DNA of 32,000 nt from Candidatus Omnitrophota bacterium (GCA_015231405.1 JADGBR010000027.1:5062-37061), one strand, 5' to 3'; shown: positions 22,207-30,619, numbered from the stretch's first letter. Translations and numbers: made by a program. The notes: generated by a model from the letters alone, not told the origin.

Positions 22207-24570
22207 ATGAACGAAGACACGAAACATCCTTGCTACGAGTATGTATATCGCGGGGCCAAATTGATGGCGGTGCCGGCAGTTCATCATCAGTCGGCTTTTG
22301 CCCACGCCGTCCACGAGATAGCTCGCGATCCGGTATCACGGCCTGACGCGATAGCAGTCGAGCTGGGTCAGGAAGCGCTTGAAGAGCTAGTGAAATTCCT
22401 CAAAGAGTTGGGGCAGGGAGGGGTGAAGAAGGTGATCCTGACCTGCATGCTTGGAATTATGCTGAGGAATAAATATATCCGCGTCGAAGATCGCGAAAAG
22501 GCGCTTCTACTGCAGGGGCTTTATCAAAAGACGCTCGCGGATCTCCCGGATGAAGTCCTGGCCAGGGGGCTTGATTTCAGCAAGTGGTCGACATTGTTCC
22601 TTGATCCGGCTGACTCCATTATTGAAGCGGTCCGTTCGGCCCTGGAGCTTGATGTCCCGGTTTACGGCGTGGATCTCGTTAATTTCGCGTCGGCGCATCG
22701 AAGCGGCATGAGCATAGAGGATCCCCAGTCGGCGCATGACGATCAGCGGCGTTACGCCGACCGCGTCATGGGATATTGCGGCGCGATGCGGGATCACCGT
22801 ATCGACCTTGCCCGGGAAACGTTCATGGCCAGAGGGCTAAAGGATTGTCTAACCAGGCATAAAAAGGTGCTCTTTACCTGCGGCATGGCCCATTGGAAAA
22901 GCATCGTGTCTTTATTGGAGGATGAAAATGTTACGCCGTTCCCATCTCATGAGATCAGGGAGGGCGTCCAGTTAAAACGGATAATAATCCATCCCTCGCT
23001 CGCGGCGCCGTCGATGGAAGTGCTGCCGCAGGTTACTATGGAATATGAAAAGGAGAGATATCCCGTTACGTCCCGTAAAAAGCGCGTTAGGGGGGTTAAC
23101 ACGGCTGGTGGGCTTATCAGGAAGACCCTCGATGGGGCATATCTGGAGTATACCCGGGATGAGGCTGACGCCGGAACGGATGAAGGCGGGGCCGACAGCT
23201 GGTCGGATATAGGCGTTTTCGAACAATATCTTTTCCAGCTGGCGGCGGTGAGCCAGAGAAAAGTCCCGGGATTTTCGACGATGCTCCGGTCATCCGAGGC
23301 TGTAATGGGCGTGGAATTTACGAGAACTCTGGTAAAACATATGATGCTTCTGGACCCGGATTGGGCTTCGGAAAAGGATTTTCCGGAGCTTCCCGTTATG
23401 GGGCCTAACCCGGGTGAAAGTGATGGATCCTCAGCGAACGTTTCGAGAAGAAAGGTCAGGCTGGAAAGAAAGGGTATGGAAGACGGACTGGGAACCGGAG
23501 ACGGGGCGTCTTTTTATGCCGAGATACCCTCAGGGGGCGACATAGATCCGTCGGCGTTAGAGAAGTACTGGAAATGGGACGATGAGGCCGAAGAAGGCGG
23601 AGGCTCGGGCGGAGGCAGCTCCTGGATGTGGCCGCCTTGTGAAACCCTTCTCTACGGGCTTGGGTTCAAAGCCGTTGATATCTCTGATTCGGAAAAAAAC
23701 ACCATGGCCCGGCCGATGCCTTTCGAAGGCTCGATGGAGAGCGGCATTAACGTGAAAGCGACGATGCGGTCCATGATCCGGGGGGAACGGAAAGTGTATG
23801 TCTCCCGGCTGGCATCGAGATCCGAAAGAAATACGAGCGACGGGATAGACCCCGAGCCCATGGTCTTCATATTTGAGAAGGGCAAGGACTGGCCCGGGGC
23901 TTACTGGCAGACGATGCAGGCCGGGTCGCGCCTGGGTGAGATCGTAAAAGATAAGAAGCTCTTTAGGGACATGGCGGTTAAGTATGGCACGACTTTTGTC
24001 CCTTGTGTGCACGCCATCAGGAATATGAAAACCCCGGAACATCTGAAGTCGCTTGTGTCGTCGATGGCTTTTCTTGTAGGCTCGGTCCTTTTCGGGAACC
24101 CGTGCGTTAACGCGAAACAGTCCGCTATCTGGATAGAAGCGACAAAATATAAGTGCTGCCCGATAGTAAATGATTGCAGCGTGAGCGGGGTGCGTAACTA
24201 TTATCTCAATGAGAAAAACATTAATCTGGATCTCGGCCTCTGGGCCGAATCGCTGATACTTATGGCTATCCCTTTTTCCAAAAAAAGCGTGACCGTGATA
24301 GCTCCGGACCTTTTCAGTATCCCTCCGAGGGCCCGCGTAGAGGCGGCGAGAAGGAAAGTAACTTTGAGCCATGTGCCTTTATCCCATTTCTCGGAAGAAC
24401 AGGTGAAAAAGGCGCGCGAGAGGATCATGATCAATACCCTGGACCAGGACGGACAGTGCTTTCCCCCTGAATCTGAGCGGGTTCTTTCCCAGAAAAAAGG
24501 GGCTTATGTCGAGCTTTTGCCCTACGAGATGAGGAAGCAATTGTCGCTTGATGAAGGAGTGAATGAATGA
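22207..24570 (+). CDS. Large uncharacterised protein (787 aa); N-terminal TraB/PrgY/TIKI-like domain (putative), remainder unknown
   Basis: There is a 1-nt gap after the AAA+ gene. The N-terminus LMAVPAVHHQSAFAHAVHEIARDPVSRPDAIAVELGQEAL, then DSIIEAVRSALELDVPVYGVDL and VLFTCGMAHWKSIVSLL, follow the TraB-family pattern (G-x-x-H...PD-x-V-x-V-E-L ... G-x-x-H). A Gly/Ser/acidic linker (EAEEGGGSGGGSS) splits the protein. The long antisense ORF 23557..24372 is rejected. Confidence 0.7.
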   Translation: MNEDTKHPCYEYVYRGAKLMAVPAVHHQSAFAHAVHEIARDPVSRPDAIAVELGQEALEELVKFLKELGQGGVKKVILTCMLGIMLRNKYIRVEDREKALLLQGLYQKTLADLPDEVLARGLDFSKWSTLFLDPADSIIEAVRSALELDVPVYGVDLVNFASAHRSGMSIEDPQSAHDDQRRYADRVMGYCGAMRDHRIDLARETFMARGLKDCLTRHKKVLFTCGMAHWKSIVSLLEDENVTPFPSHEIREGVQLKRIIIHPSLAAPSMEVLPQVTMEYEKERYPVTSRKKRVRGVNTAGGLIRKTLDGAYLEYTRDEADAGTDEGGADSWSDIGVFEQYLFQLAAVSQRKVPGFSTMLRSSEAVMGVEFTRTLVKHMMLLDPDWASEKDFPELPVMGPNPGESDGSSANVSRRKVRLERKGMEDGLGTGDGASFYAEIPSGGDIDPSALEKYWKWDDEAEEGGGSGGGSSWMWPPCETLLYGLGFKAVDISDSEKNTMARPMPFEGSMESGINVKATMRSMIRGERKVYVSRLASRSERNTSDGIDPEPMVFIFEKGKDWPGAYWQTMQAGSRLGEIVKDKKLFRDMAVKYGTTFVPCVHAIRNMKTPEHLKSLVSSMAFLVGSVLFGNPCVNAKQSAIWIEATKYKCCPIVNDCSVSGVRNYYLNEKNINLDLGLWAESLILMAIPFSKKSVTVIAPDLFSIPPRARVEAARRKVTLSHVPLSHFSEEQVKKARERIMINTLDQDGQCFPPESERVLSQKKGAYVELLPYEMRKQLSLDEGVNE

Positions 24571-24592
24571 ACGGTTCGGTTCAAAACGGAGC

Positions 24593-24670
24593 CGTCATTG
24601 CGAGCGAAGCGAAGCAATCTCTATAAGTAATGGGGATTGATTCGTTCGCTTTAGCGCCCCCGCAATGACG
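24593..24670. repeat. Family-B palindromic element (full copy)
   Basis: CGTCATTGCGAGCGAAGCGAAGCAATC...GGATTGATTCGTTCGCTTTAGCGCCCCCGCAATGACG has complementary termini (CGTCATTGCG / CGCAATGACG) and complementary inner blocks (GAAGCAATC / GATTGaTTC). Confidence 0.75.
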
Positions 24671-25732
24671 CCGGTGCGCATAAGGAGTGATCATTTGAAG
24701 GGACTGGGCGATGAGCTTTTGTTCGATGACAGGAATGCGGAAGGTCTGATCGCTTCCGAAAAATCCGCCATGCCTCTTTATGCCGACGTGGTCGAACGAT
24801 GGGCCGGGGACGATAAACTGACCATCCAGGAGGAACGCGTAGCCGCGTCAGTGCTTATTTTCTATCCCCGGTATATTTACAAAAGCATGAGGTACGGTGA
24901 GGCGGCTCTCTTATTCGAAAAAGCGCTTCTTGCCCCCGATGTCGAACGGGACAAGGACCTTCAGAAGGGGCTTTACCTGTACTGCCTTTTCTTTTGCCGG
25001 TTAAAAGCCGGTGAAAATGGAGAGATCTTGTCGATATATGACAGGCTGGTGAAGACAATCCACGACTATAATACGGGGATTCCCGAAAGCCTGAAGGCTG
25101 ACTATCAAGATATAGCCGCTATGGTATTGGGCTCGGATGAGTACCGGAACTTTATTAAAATTTACGGGGTGAGGGATCTTCCGATGGCGGCGCCTTTGGT
25201 CACGGAGAGCGAAGGGTCAGACCTGAGATATAAGGCGTATGATCTGTTCCTGAAAAAAAAATATGATGAAGCAATGGAGATATACCGTAAGTTAACCCTT
25301 TTTGGCTACGAACCGGCCGGAATATTCACGCATATGGCGCGTGTGGAACTGGCGAAGAACAATGTGCCGGAGGCTTCGCGGCAAGTGGTAAAAGCGTGGG
25401 GACTGCGCGGTTCGGCGAACACTTACGAGGTCCCGAGGATACTGTTCTTTATCATTTTCTTGAACATGCTAAAAAAAGACAGTTATGCTATATGGATCGG
25501 CTGTCTTAAGCAGGCGCTAAGCCGGAATGGCAGTACCAACTCGTGGGAGCTCTGCCATATCATCGGCCAATATAGCGATCGTCTCGGAGAAGAGAACTCC
25601 GCTTTCCTGGGAGATCTTCTTTCTGTCCTTTCGGGCTGGAAGTCTCCGGAATATTTGAATAAATATGAGATCTGGGACGAGGCTGACGCTTTGCCCGGCG
25701 ATAAATGGCCGGAATTCAGTGATGGTAAGTAA
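24665..25732 (+). CDS. Hypothetical protein with TPR-like helical repeats
   Basis: The ORF is open with coding-like composition and has a TPR-like segment (YKAYDLFLKKKYDEAMEIYRKLTLFGYEPAGIFTHMARVELAKNN). The track ATG at 24665 lies inside the repeat element. A TTG at 24695, 7 nt after the RBS AAGGAG (24682-24687), is the more likely start. Confidence 0.6.
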   Translation: MTPVRIRSDHLKGLGDELLFDDRNAEGLIASEKSAMPLYADVVERWAGDDKLTIQEERVAASVLIFYPRYIYKSMRYGEAALLFEKALLAPDVERDKDLQKGLYLYCLFFCRLKAGENGEILSIYDRLVKTIHDYNTGIPESLKADYQDIAAMVLGSDEYRNFIKIYGVRDLPMAAPLVTESEGSDLRYKAYDLFLKKKYDEAMEIYRKLTLFGYEPAGIFTHMARVELAKNNVPEASRQVVKAWGLRGSANTYEVPRILFFIIFLNMLKKDSYAIWIGCLKQALSRNGSTNSWELCHIIGQYSDRLGEENSAFLGDLLSVLSGWKSPEYLNKYEIWDEADALPGDKWPEFSDGK

Positions 25733-25749
25733 CAAGAAGCACAAACGCC

Positions 25750-25840
25750 CGTCATTGCGAACCCCGCGAAAGCGGGGTGAAGCAATCTATATGATTTCCA
25801 TAGGGATTGCTTCGGAAGCTAAAGCTCCCTCGCAATGACG
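25750..25840. repeat. Family-B/C hybrid palindromic element (full copy)
   Basis: CGTCATTGCGAACCCCGCGAAAGCGGGGTGAAGCAATC...GGGATTGCTTCGGAAGCTAAAGCTCCCTCGCAATGACG has the same termini as 24593-24670. It also contains the CCCCGCGAAAGCGGGG hairpin found beside the GIY-YIG gene. Confidence 0.75.
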
Positions 25841-25870
25841 CGACGTTGTTACAGGATGAGAAGGGGTGTT

Positions 25871-26569
25871 ATGGGCAAGTTTAAACTCACGCCTTTAATA
25901 GCGGCGGTAAGAGATGTTAAGAAAGACGAGGTTGAGCGGCTTTTGGCGGAAGGGGGGAATATCAATGAGCGGCTTCCAGGCGCGGGTAACGCCTTTAACG
26001 TGGCTATTATGAGAGGCGCCGTTGAGATAGCCGGGCTTCTCATGGATAAAGGGTCGGAAATAGATATCCCGTGGCCTTGCGGGACGACCCCGCTGATGTT
26101 CGCTGCCGAAAATGGTCTTCACGAACTGGTCCAAAGGATGATCTCTTCAGGCGCGGATGTTAATGCCCGGAATAACGACGGCTGGACAGCGCTAATGCTC
26201 GCTACTGATAAGGTTATGGTCGAACTTCTGATATCCGCCGGGGCGGTTTTCAAGAGCGGGCGTACATGGCATAAATTTTTGCGGACGATCTTACTCCGGC
26301 CGCGTCCCTGGCCCAAAACTGTTAAAGACGCGGCCTCGCGGGTTATCCGAAAACTCGATGCCTCGAGCGTCAAGGCCCTCAAAACCTGTGAAAAGGGAGA
26401 ATTAGCCCGATACCACCTCTCCTGGGGTATGGGTATCCGCAACGCCTACGGACTGCGAGCCGGTAATAGACGGCTCCTAGTTGATTGCGGCACCCGAGAC
26501 CCCGACAGCGCTTCGGGAATTATCATGGAAGCCGTCTGGGATAGGATCCATGATGGATACAGAAAATAG
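25871..26569 (+). CDS. Ankyrin-repeat protein with an unrecognised C-terminal domain
   Basis: The ankyrin repeats include TPLIAAVRDVKKDEVERLLAEGGNIN, NAFNVAIMRGAVEIAGLLMDKGSEID, TTPLMFAAENGLHELVQRMISSGADVNARNNDGWTALMLA. The start ATG at 25871 (RBS GAGAAGGGG) is preferred over the track start 25835, which lies inside the repeat. Confidence 0.8.
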   Translation: MGKFKLTPLIAAVRDVKKDEVERLLAEGGNINERLPGAGNAFNVAIMRGAVEIAGLLMDKGSEIDIPWPCGTTPLMFAAENGLHELVQRMISSGADVNARNNDGWTALMLATDKVMVELLISAGAVFKSGRTWHKFLRTILLRPRPWPKTVKDAASRVIRKLDASSVKALKTCEKGELARYHLSWGMGIRNAYGLRAGNRRLLVDCGTRDPDSASGIIMEAVWDRIHDGYRK

Positions 26570-26645
26570 GGACAGAGCCTTAACGCTTCTCAGGGGGAAT
26601 GTCACCAAGCCAATAGATTCACCGGGGAGGTTCAATATCCGCATC

Positions 26646-27770
26646 TTATATCTTTATCATTTTCGGGTCGTAAGGAAGTGTAAAGCGAAAGGTTGAGCCT
26701 GAACCAAGTTTACTTTCCACCGAAACTTTGCCTCCGTGAGCTTCCACGAATTTCTTAACGATGGCAAGTCCTAACCCCATCCCGCCTTTTTTGTTGGATG
26801 TTTCGAGTTTATCGAAGACTTGATCAATTCGTTCCGCACTGATTCCAACCCCTGTGTCGCTAACCCAACATTCGACAACGGACAATTCTTTTAAATCATT
26901 AGCTCCGGCAGTAACAGTTCCTTTTTCGGTATAATTGATCGCGTTTGAAATTAAATTTTGATAAGTTAATGTTAACAGATTAGCATCAGCATAGGCAGTT
27001 AGATCTTCAGGAACACGATTCACCAAGACCGTATTAGAAACTTCCGCCAATGGTTTTATGTCATTGAGGAGCCCTTGGACCAGGGGGTACAATTTTATTT
27101 CTTCCAGGACCAAGTTTCTCTCGGCCGTCTGATCAACTTCTTCTTGGACCACTTTTACGATAAGTGTATCTAAGCGGATAATGTTGCGCTTTAATAGTTC
27201 CAGATATCTATTGGAGGTGTCACTCTGAATATCTTTAGAAAGAGAATTTTTAAGCAGAGCCGTTGCCATTCCAATGGATGCCAGCGGCGTTCTAAGGTCA
27301 TGGGCAACGAAAGATAAATGCTCGGCTCGCTGGTTCTTTATGTCTAATGCTTTTCTATCCGAATAAGTTTTTACCGCAAGAGCGATCGATCTATCAATGA
27401 CACGGTTAATTGTATGTGTTTCTGGCCCATCAAGCTTGGCGATATTCTTTTGGGCAAGGTCAAGTATGACATAACGAAGAGCATTATATTCAGCTACCAG
27501 TTCCTCAACATCGAATCCGATGCGAAGACGATCTAAGCCGTGAGTCACAGGGCTCTTCTTTAACTCATTAACCAATGTTTTATCAGTGTCATAGATCGAA
27601 AGCTCATAGGATAACTCTTCAATTAGATCAGGAACATGATCGGTCAATGTAGGGGTATCTAGATCTTTGGCGATAGGTAGTTTTCTTACCATATCTCGCC
27701 ATGAAATGAGTAATGCGTTGCCTTCCCTTTTGATCAGCGATGAGAATTTATTGAGATTTTCATTGGTCAT
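26646..27770 (-). CDS. Cytoplasmic sensor histidine kinase (orphan; no response regulator in the window)
   Basis: It has the H-box HLSFVAHDLRTPL, N-box NLISNAINYT, G1 DTGVGI and G2 GGMGLGLAIVKKFVEAHGGKVSVESKLGSGSTFRFTLP. There is no TM segment. The helical N-terminal sensor region (HGLDRLRIGFDVEELVAEYNALRYVI) is reminiscent of RsbRD_N-type domains. The gene is visibly more AT-rich than its neighbours. Confidence 0.88.
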   Translation of the reverse strand: MTNENLNKFSSLIKREGNALLISWRDMVRKLPIAKDLDTPTLTDHVPDLIEELSYELSIYDTDKTLVNELKKSPVTHGLDRLRIGFDVEELVAEYNALRYVILDLAQKNIAKLDGPETHTINRVIDRSIALAVKTYSDRKALDIKNQRAEHLSFVAHDLRTPLASIGMATALLKNSLSKDIQSDTSNRYLELLKRNIIRLDTLIVKVVQEEVDQTAERNLVLEEIKLYPLVQGLLNDIKPLAEVSNTVLVNRVPEDLTAYADANLLTLTYQNLISNAINYTEKGTVTAGANDLKELSVVECWVSDTGVGISAERIDQVFDKLETSNKKGGMGLGLAIVKKFVEAHGGKVSVESKLGSGSTFRFTLPYDPKMIKI

Positions 27771-28013
27771 ATTCTTATGGTAGCATCAATGGAATTATCA
27801 ATCAATTATACCAAGGTACAATTAATTCAATTCCGTCTATCCCCAGAATATCCCTAATGAAGTTCCGAGGCTCCAAACCAGGAAACGGCCCATCCAAGGG
27901 AAAAAATTGGGGCAGAGCATATTCAGCAACTATTTATTAATTAACTAAACAGGCTCTGTCACTATTATTTGTGCTTGCGTTTGGGATTGTCTTGTAGGAA
28001 TATATAAGTCGTT

Positions 28014-29573
28014 ATGAAAAGGATCACCCGACAGCTTTTCCGGCTTAAAGACCTCAATCTTATTCTTTCGGAAAGCCATGACCCTCTGCGGAAGCTGAAA
28101 AAAGTTTTGGGGCCCCTGGAACTTATCCTTTTCGGTATCGGCGTCATCATCGGCGCCGGGATATTCGCTACCGTCGGGACAGCCGCGGCCGGGGACAATC
28201 TTCGCCCTGGGGCGGGACCCGCGCTTATCCTGTCATTTGCCATAACCGCCGTGGCCTGCGGGTTCGCGGCGCTTTGTTACGCCGAGTTCGCGTCACTCGT
28301 TCCTATATCGGGAAGCGCTTACACATATTCATACGCCACGTTCGGGGAACTTGTGGCCTGGATAATAGGCTGGGACCTTATGCTGGAGTATTCAGTCGGC
28401 AGTATAGCGGTCTCTTTGAGCTGGTCCGGATATTTTACCTCCCTTTTGAGCGGGATAGGTATACACTTACCGCCGTGGCTGACGATAGATCTCCGTTCGG
28501 CGCTCCAAGGCTACGACAAGGCGGCGGCGCTTTTAAGCGGCGGCGCGGCCCTTGGGGACCTGACACCGGCGCTTCAAAAAGCGTGGAACGCCATTCACGG
28601 CGCGCCGCGTATTTTCGGGACGCCTGTCACTTTCAATTTTCCGGCCTCAGCGATCGTTCTTATTCTGACCGCTATTTTGGTCAGGGGTATCAAGGAAAGT
28701 TCGCGGTTCAATGTCGCTATAGTGATCATTAAACTCCTGGTCTTGGGGTTCTTTATCTCTCTTGGGGCATTTTTCATCAAGCCGGAGAACTGGGTCCCTT
28801 TCGCCCCGAACGGTTTCGCCGGTATAAAGGCCGGGGCGGCCATAGCTTTCTTCGCGTATATCGGGTTCGACTGCGTTTCTACCGTAGCCGAGGAGACCCG
28901 TGATCCCAAAAGGGACATGCCGATAGGGATCATCGGCTCGCTCATCGTCTGTACCGTCATTTATATGCTTGTCGCCGCGGTATTTACCGGGATCATCCCG
29001 GTCGGGCTTCTCAAAACGTCGCTCGCGCACGGGAAGGCGGAGCCGCTGGCTCTGGCCATGCAGCATATAGGCCTCGGCTGGGCGGCGGTCGTTATCGCTT
29101 TCGGTTCGATAGTCGCCCAGATCGCTGTGCTATTGGTCCTTCAGATGGGGCAATCGCGGATATTCTTTTCCATGGCGCGCGACGGGCTGCTGCCGAAAGT
29201 TTTTTCCAGCGTACACAAAACTTTTAGGACGCCCCATGTCACGACCATCGTGACAGGGCTGATCATAGCTGCTGTCGCGGGCTCGACGAATATCGACGAG
29301 ATGGTGGACTTAACGAATATTGGGACATTATTCGCTTTCGTCCTTGTCTGTTTCGGCATCGTGATACTCAGGGTCAAGGAGCCAAACCGGCCGAGAGGGT
29401 TCACCGTACCATGGAATCCGGTCATCCCCTTACTTGGCGTGGCCTCATGCATCTTCCTGATGACGGGCCTCCCGGGTATTACATGGATACGTTTCATCCT
29501 CTGGCTTGTGGCCGGGCTCATAGTGTATTTCTCCTACGGCATCCGGCACAGCCGTATACGGGCAATGAAGTAA
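28014..29573 (+). CDS. APC-superfamily amino-acid permease (cationic amino-acid transporter-like)
   Basis: It is a multi-TM protein with the characteristic segments GIGVIIGAGIFATVG and CYAEFASLVPISGSAYTYSYATFGELVAWIIGWDLMLEY. Confidence 0.88.
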   Translation: MKRITRQLFRLKDLNLILSESHDPLRKLKKVLGPLELILFGIGVIIGAGIFATVGTAAAGDNLRPGAGPALILSFAITAVACGFAALCYAEFASLVPISGSAYTYSYATFGELVAWIIGWDLMLEYSVGSIAVSLSWSGYFTSLLSGIGIHLPPWLTIDLRSALQGYDKAAALLSGGAALGDLTPALQKAWNAIHGAPRIFGTPVTFNFPASAIVLILTAILVRGIKESSRFNVAIVIIKLLVLGFFISLGAFFIKPENWVPFAPNGFAGIKAGAAIAFFAYIGFDCVSTVAEETRDPKRDMPIGIIGSLIVCTVIYMLVAAVFTGIIPVGLLKTSLAHGKAEPLALAMQHIGLGWAAVVIAFGSIVAQIAVLLVLQMGQSRIFFSMARDGLLPKVFSSVHKTFRTPHVTTIVTGLIIAAVAGSTNIDEMVDLTNIGTLFAFVLVCFGIVILRVKEPNRPRGFTVPWNPVIPLLGVASCIFLMTGLPGITWIRFILWLVAGLIVYFSYGIRHSRIRAMK

Positions 29574-29580
29574 CAAAAAG

Positions 29581-29656
29581 CTGTCATCCCCAGCAAACTG
29601 ATAACTGTCATCCCCGCTAACGGAATACGCTGTCATCCCCGCGAAAGCGGGGATCA
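29581..29656. repeat. Three direct CTGTCATCCCC repeats ending in a family-C hairpin
   Basis: CTGTCATCCCC occurs at 29581, 29605 and 29630 (24-25 nt spacing). The third continues as TGTCATCCCCGCGAAAGCGGGGATC, containing the hairpin ATCCCCGC-GAAA-GCGGGGAT. Confidence 0.8.
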
Positions 29657-29715
29657 CATGGAAATAATATCAAAATAAGGATCCTTCCACTCCGGATTCA
29701 TGCGTTCGATCAGTT

Positions 29716-29946
29716 CTATCTTCCACTGTCGGTACCGCTTTTGATGCACTTTTCGCGATGTATCGCATCTAGCGGATCATCAAATTGTTCATAATGGACA
29801 AGTTTATGTATGCCGTATTTCTTTGTGAACCCGGGTATGATCCCTTTCTTATGCTGAGAGATGCGTTCCGGTAAATATCCTGTGACGCCGGTATACAAGA
29901 CACCTCTGTATTTATTCGCAAGGATGTATACGTAATATGATCTCAT
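29716..29946 (-). CDS. GIY-YIG nuclease-superfamily small protein (COG2827-like)
   Basis: YYVYILANKYRGVLYTGVTGYLPERISQHKKG...FTKKYGIHKLVHYEQF...AIHREKCIK carries GIY-YIG motifs (YVYIL ... YTGVT ... R..QH ... E). At 76 aa it is typical of the standalone family. Confidence 0.85.
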   Translation of the reverse strand: MRSYYVYILANKYRGVLYTGVTGYLPERISQHKKGIIPGFTKKYGIHKLVHYEQFDDPLDAIHREKCIKSGTDSGR

Positions 29947-29953
29947 TTTTATT

Positions 29954-29980
29954 GGATCCCAGCTTTCGCGGGGATGACAT
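29954..29980. repeat. Family-C repeat, inverted copy
   Basis: GGATCCCAGCTTTCGCGGGGATGACAT is the reverse complement of the 29631-29655 unit. It generates the spurious peptide ending VIPAKAGIQ in track ORF 29949..30263. Confidence 0.75.
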
Positions 29981-30133
29981 ATTTGATTATTGTTCGCATG
30001 GTATTTAACCCGTCCAGCGTTAATAGAGACACTCTTTTATAGAGAAATGTTTCAAATAATATGACAATATTATTTCTCGGTGGTAAGATAAGACGAGTAT
30101 TGGAACAGACATGGATAAGGGGAGCGAATAGAT

Positions 30134-30619
30134 ATGATCTTAATCCCATACGAAAAATTCGAGATCCAGACCGCGAAGAGCGATACGGAAGTTCTCGGAA
30201 AGATAGCGCAACTGACGGATGGTCCTTCACTGAAGCTGTTGTTCTATCCTCCGGCGGACTCAAAGCCCTTCGTCGGGACGATCACCGGTTCGCGTTTTAA
30301 GATCCGGAGAATTATCCGCTACAGGAACTCATTTATGCCCATCATATGCGGCAGGGTAGAGAATTCGACGCTGTTCCTGACCGCCCGTTTACACGCGATC
30401 GTAGCGGTTTTTATGAGTTTATGGCTTAGCGGCGTCTTTTTCGCATTTATCGGTTCTTTTATCCCGGGAATAGACGAGAATTCCCCGACCGCCCCCGTAG
30501 TGCTCCGCATGGGGTCGGGAGCGATGTTCATCTTCGGGTACTTATTGTGCCTTTTGTCGTTTAGGTTCGAATTGAAAAAAGCGAAGAAGATCCTGGAAGG
30601 ATATTTTTACAAAGATTGA
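30134..30619 (+). CDS. Hypothetical small membrane protein
   Basis: It has the RBS AAGGGGAG and two clear hydrophobic helices (AIVAVFMSLWLSGVFFAFIGSFI, GSGAMFIFGYLLCLLSF). I recognise no family. Confidence 0.6.
   Translation: MILIPYEKFEIQTAKSDTEVLGKIAQLTDGPSLKLLFYPPADSKPFVGTITGSRFKIRRIIRYRNSFMPIICGRVENSTLFLTARLHAIVAVFMSLWLSGVFFAFIGSFIPGIDENSPTAPVVLRMGSGAMFIFGYLLCLLSFRFELKKAKKILEGYFYKD

Larger units (their letters stand above)
29631..29980. mobile_element. Candidate mini-element: GIY-YIG gene bracketed by ~25-bp inverted repeats
   Basis: The left end TGTCATCCCCGCGAAAGCGGGGATC (29631-29655) and the right end GGATCCCAGCTTTCGCGGGGATGACAT (29954-29980) are reverse complements with 2-3 mismatches. 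Between them is only the 76-aa GIY-YIG ORF. Confidence 0.35.

Noticed and set aside
23557-24372. A 271-aa minus-strand ORF, and similar antisense ORFs at 8938..9426, 10116..10691 and 11358..11819.
   Set aside because: They are antisense to long sense-strand genes with recognisable domains. Their Arg/Pro/His-rich composition is typical of shadow ORFs.
24593-25840. An integron gene cassette with attC sites.
   Set aside because: The palindromic elements lack the R''/R' core sites (RYYYAAC / GTTRRRY), and no intI integrase or attI is present in the window.
29581-29656. A possible mini-CRISPR array: three CTGTCATCCCC repeats at regular 24-25-nt spacing.
   Set aside because: The repeat unit is only 11 nt, there are only three copies, and there are no cas genes. 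The last unit merges into the family-C hairpin element. It is better explained as part of the GIY-YIG-associated repeat.
29949-30300. ORFs 29949..30263 (-) and 30061..30300 (+).
   Set aside because: The first ends in the repeat-encoded peptide VIPAKAGIQ and has no RBS. The second overlaps the better-supported 30134..30619 gene, which has the strong RBS AAGGGGAG.
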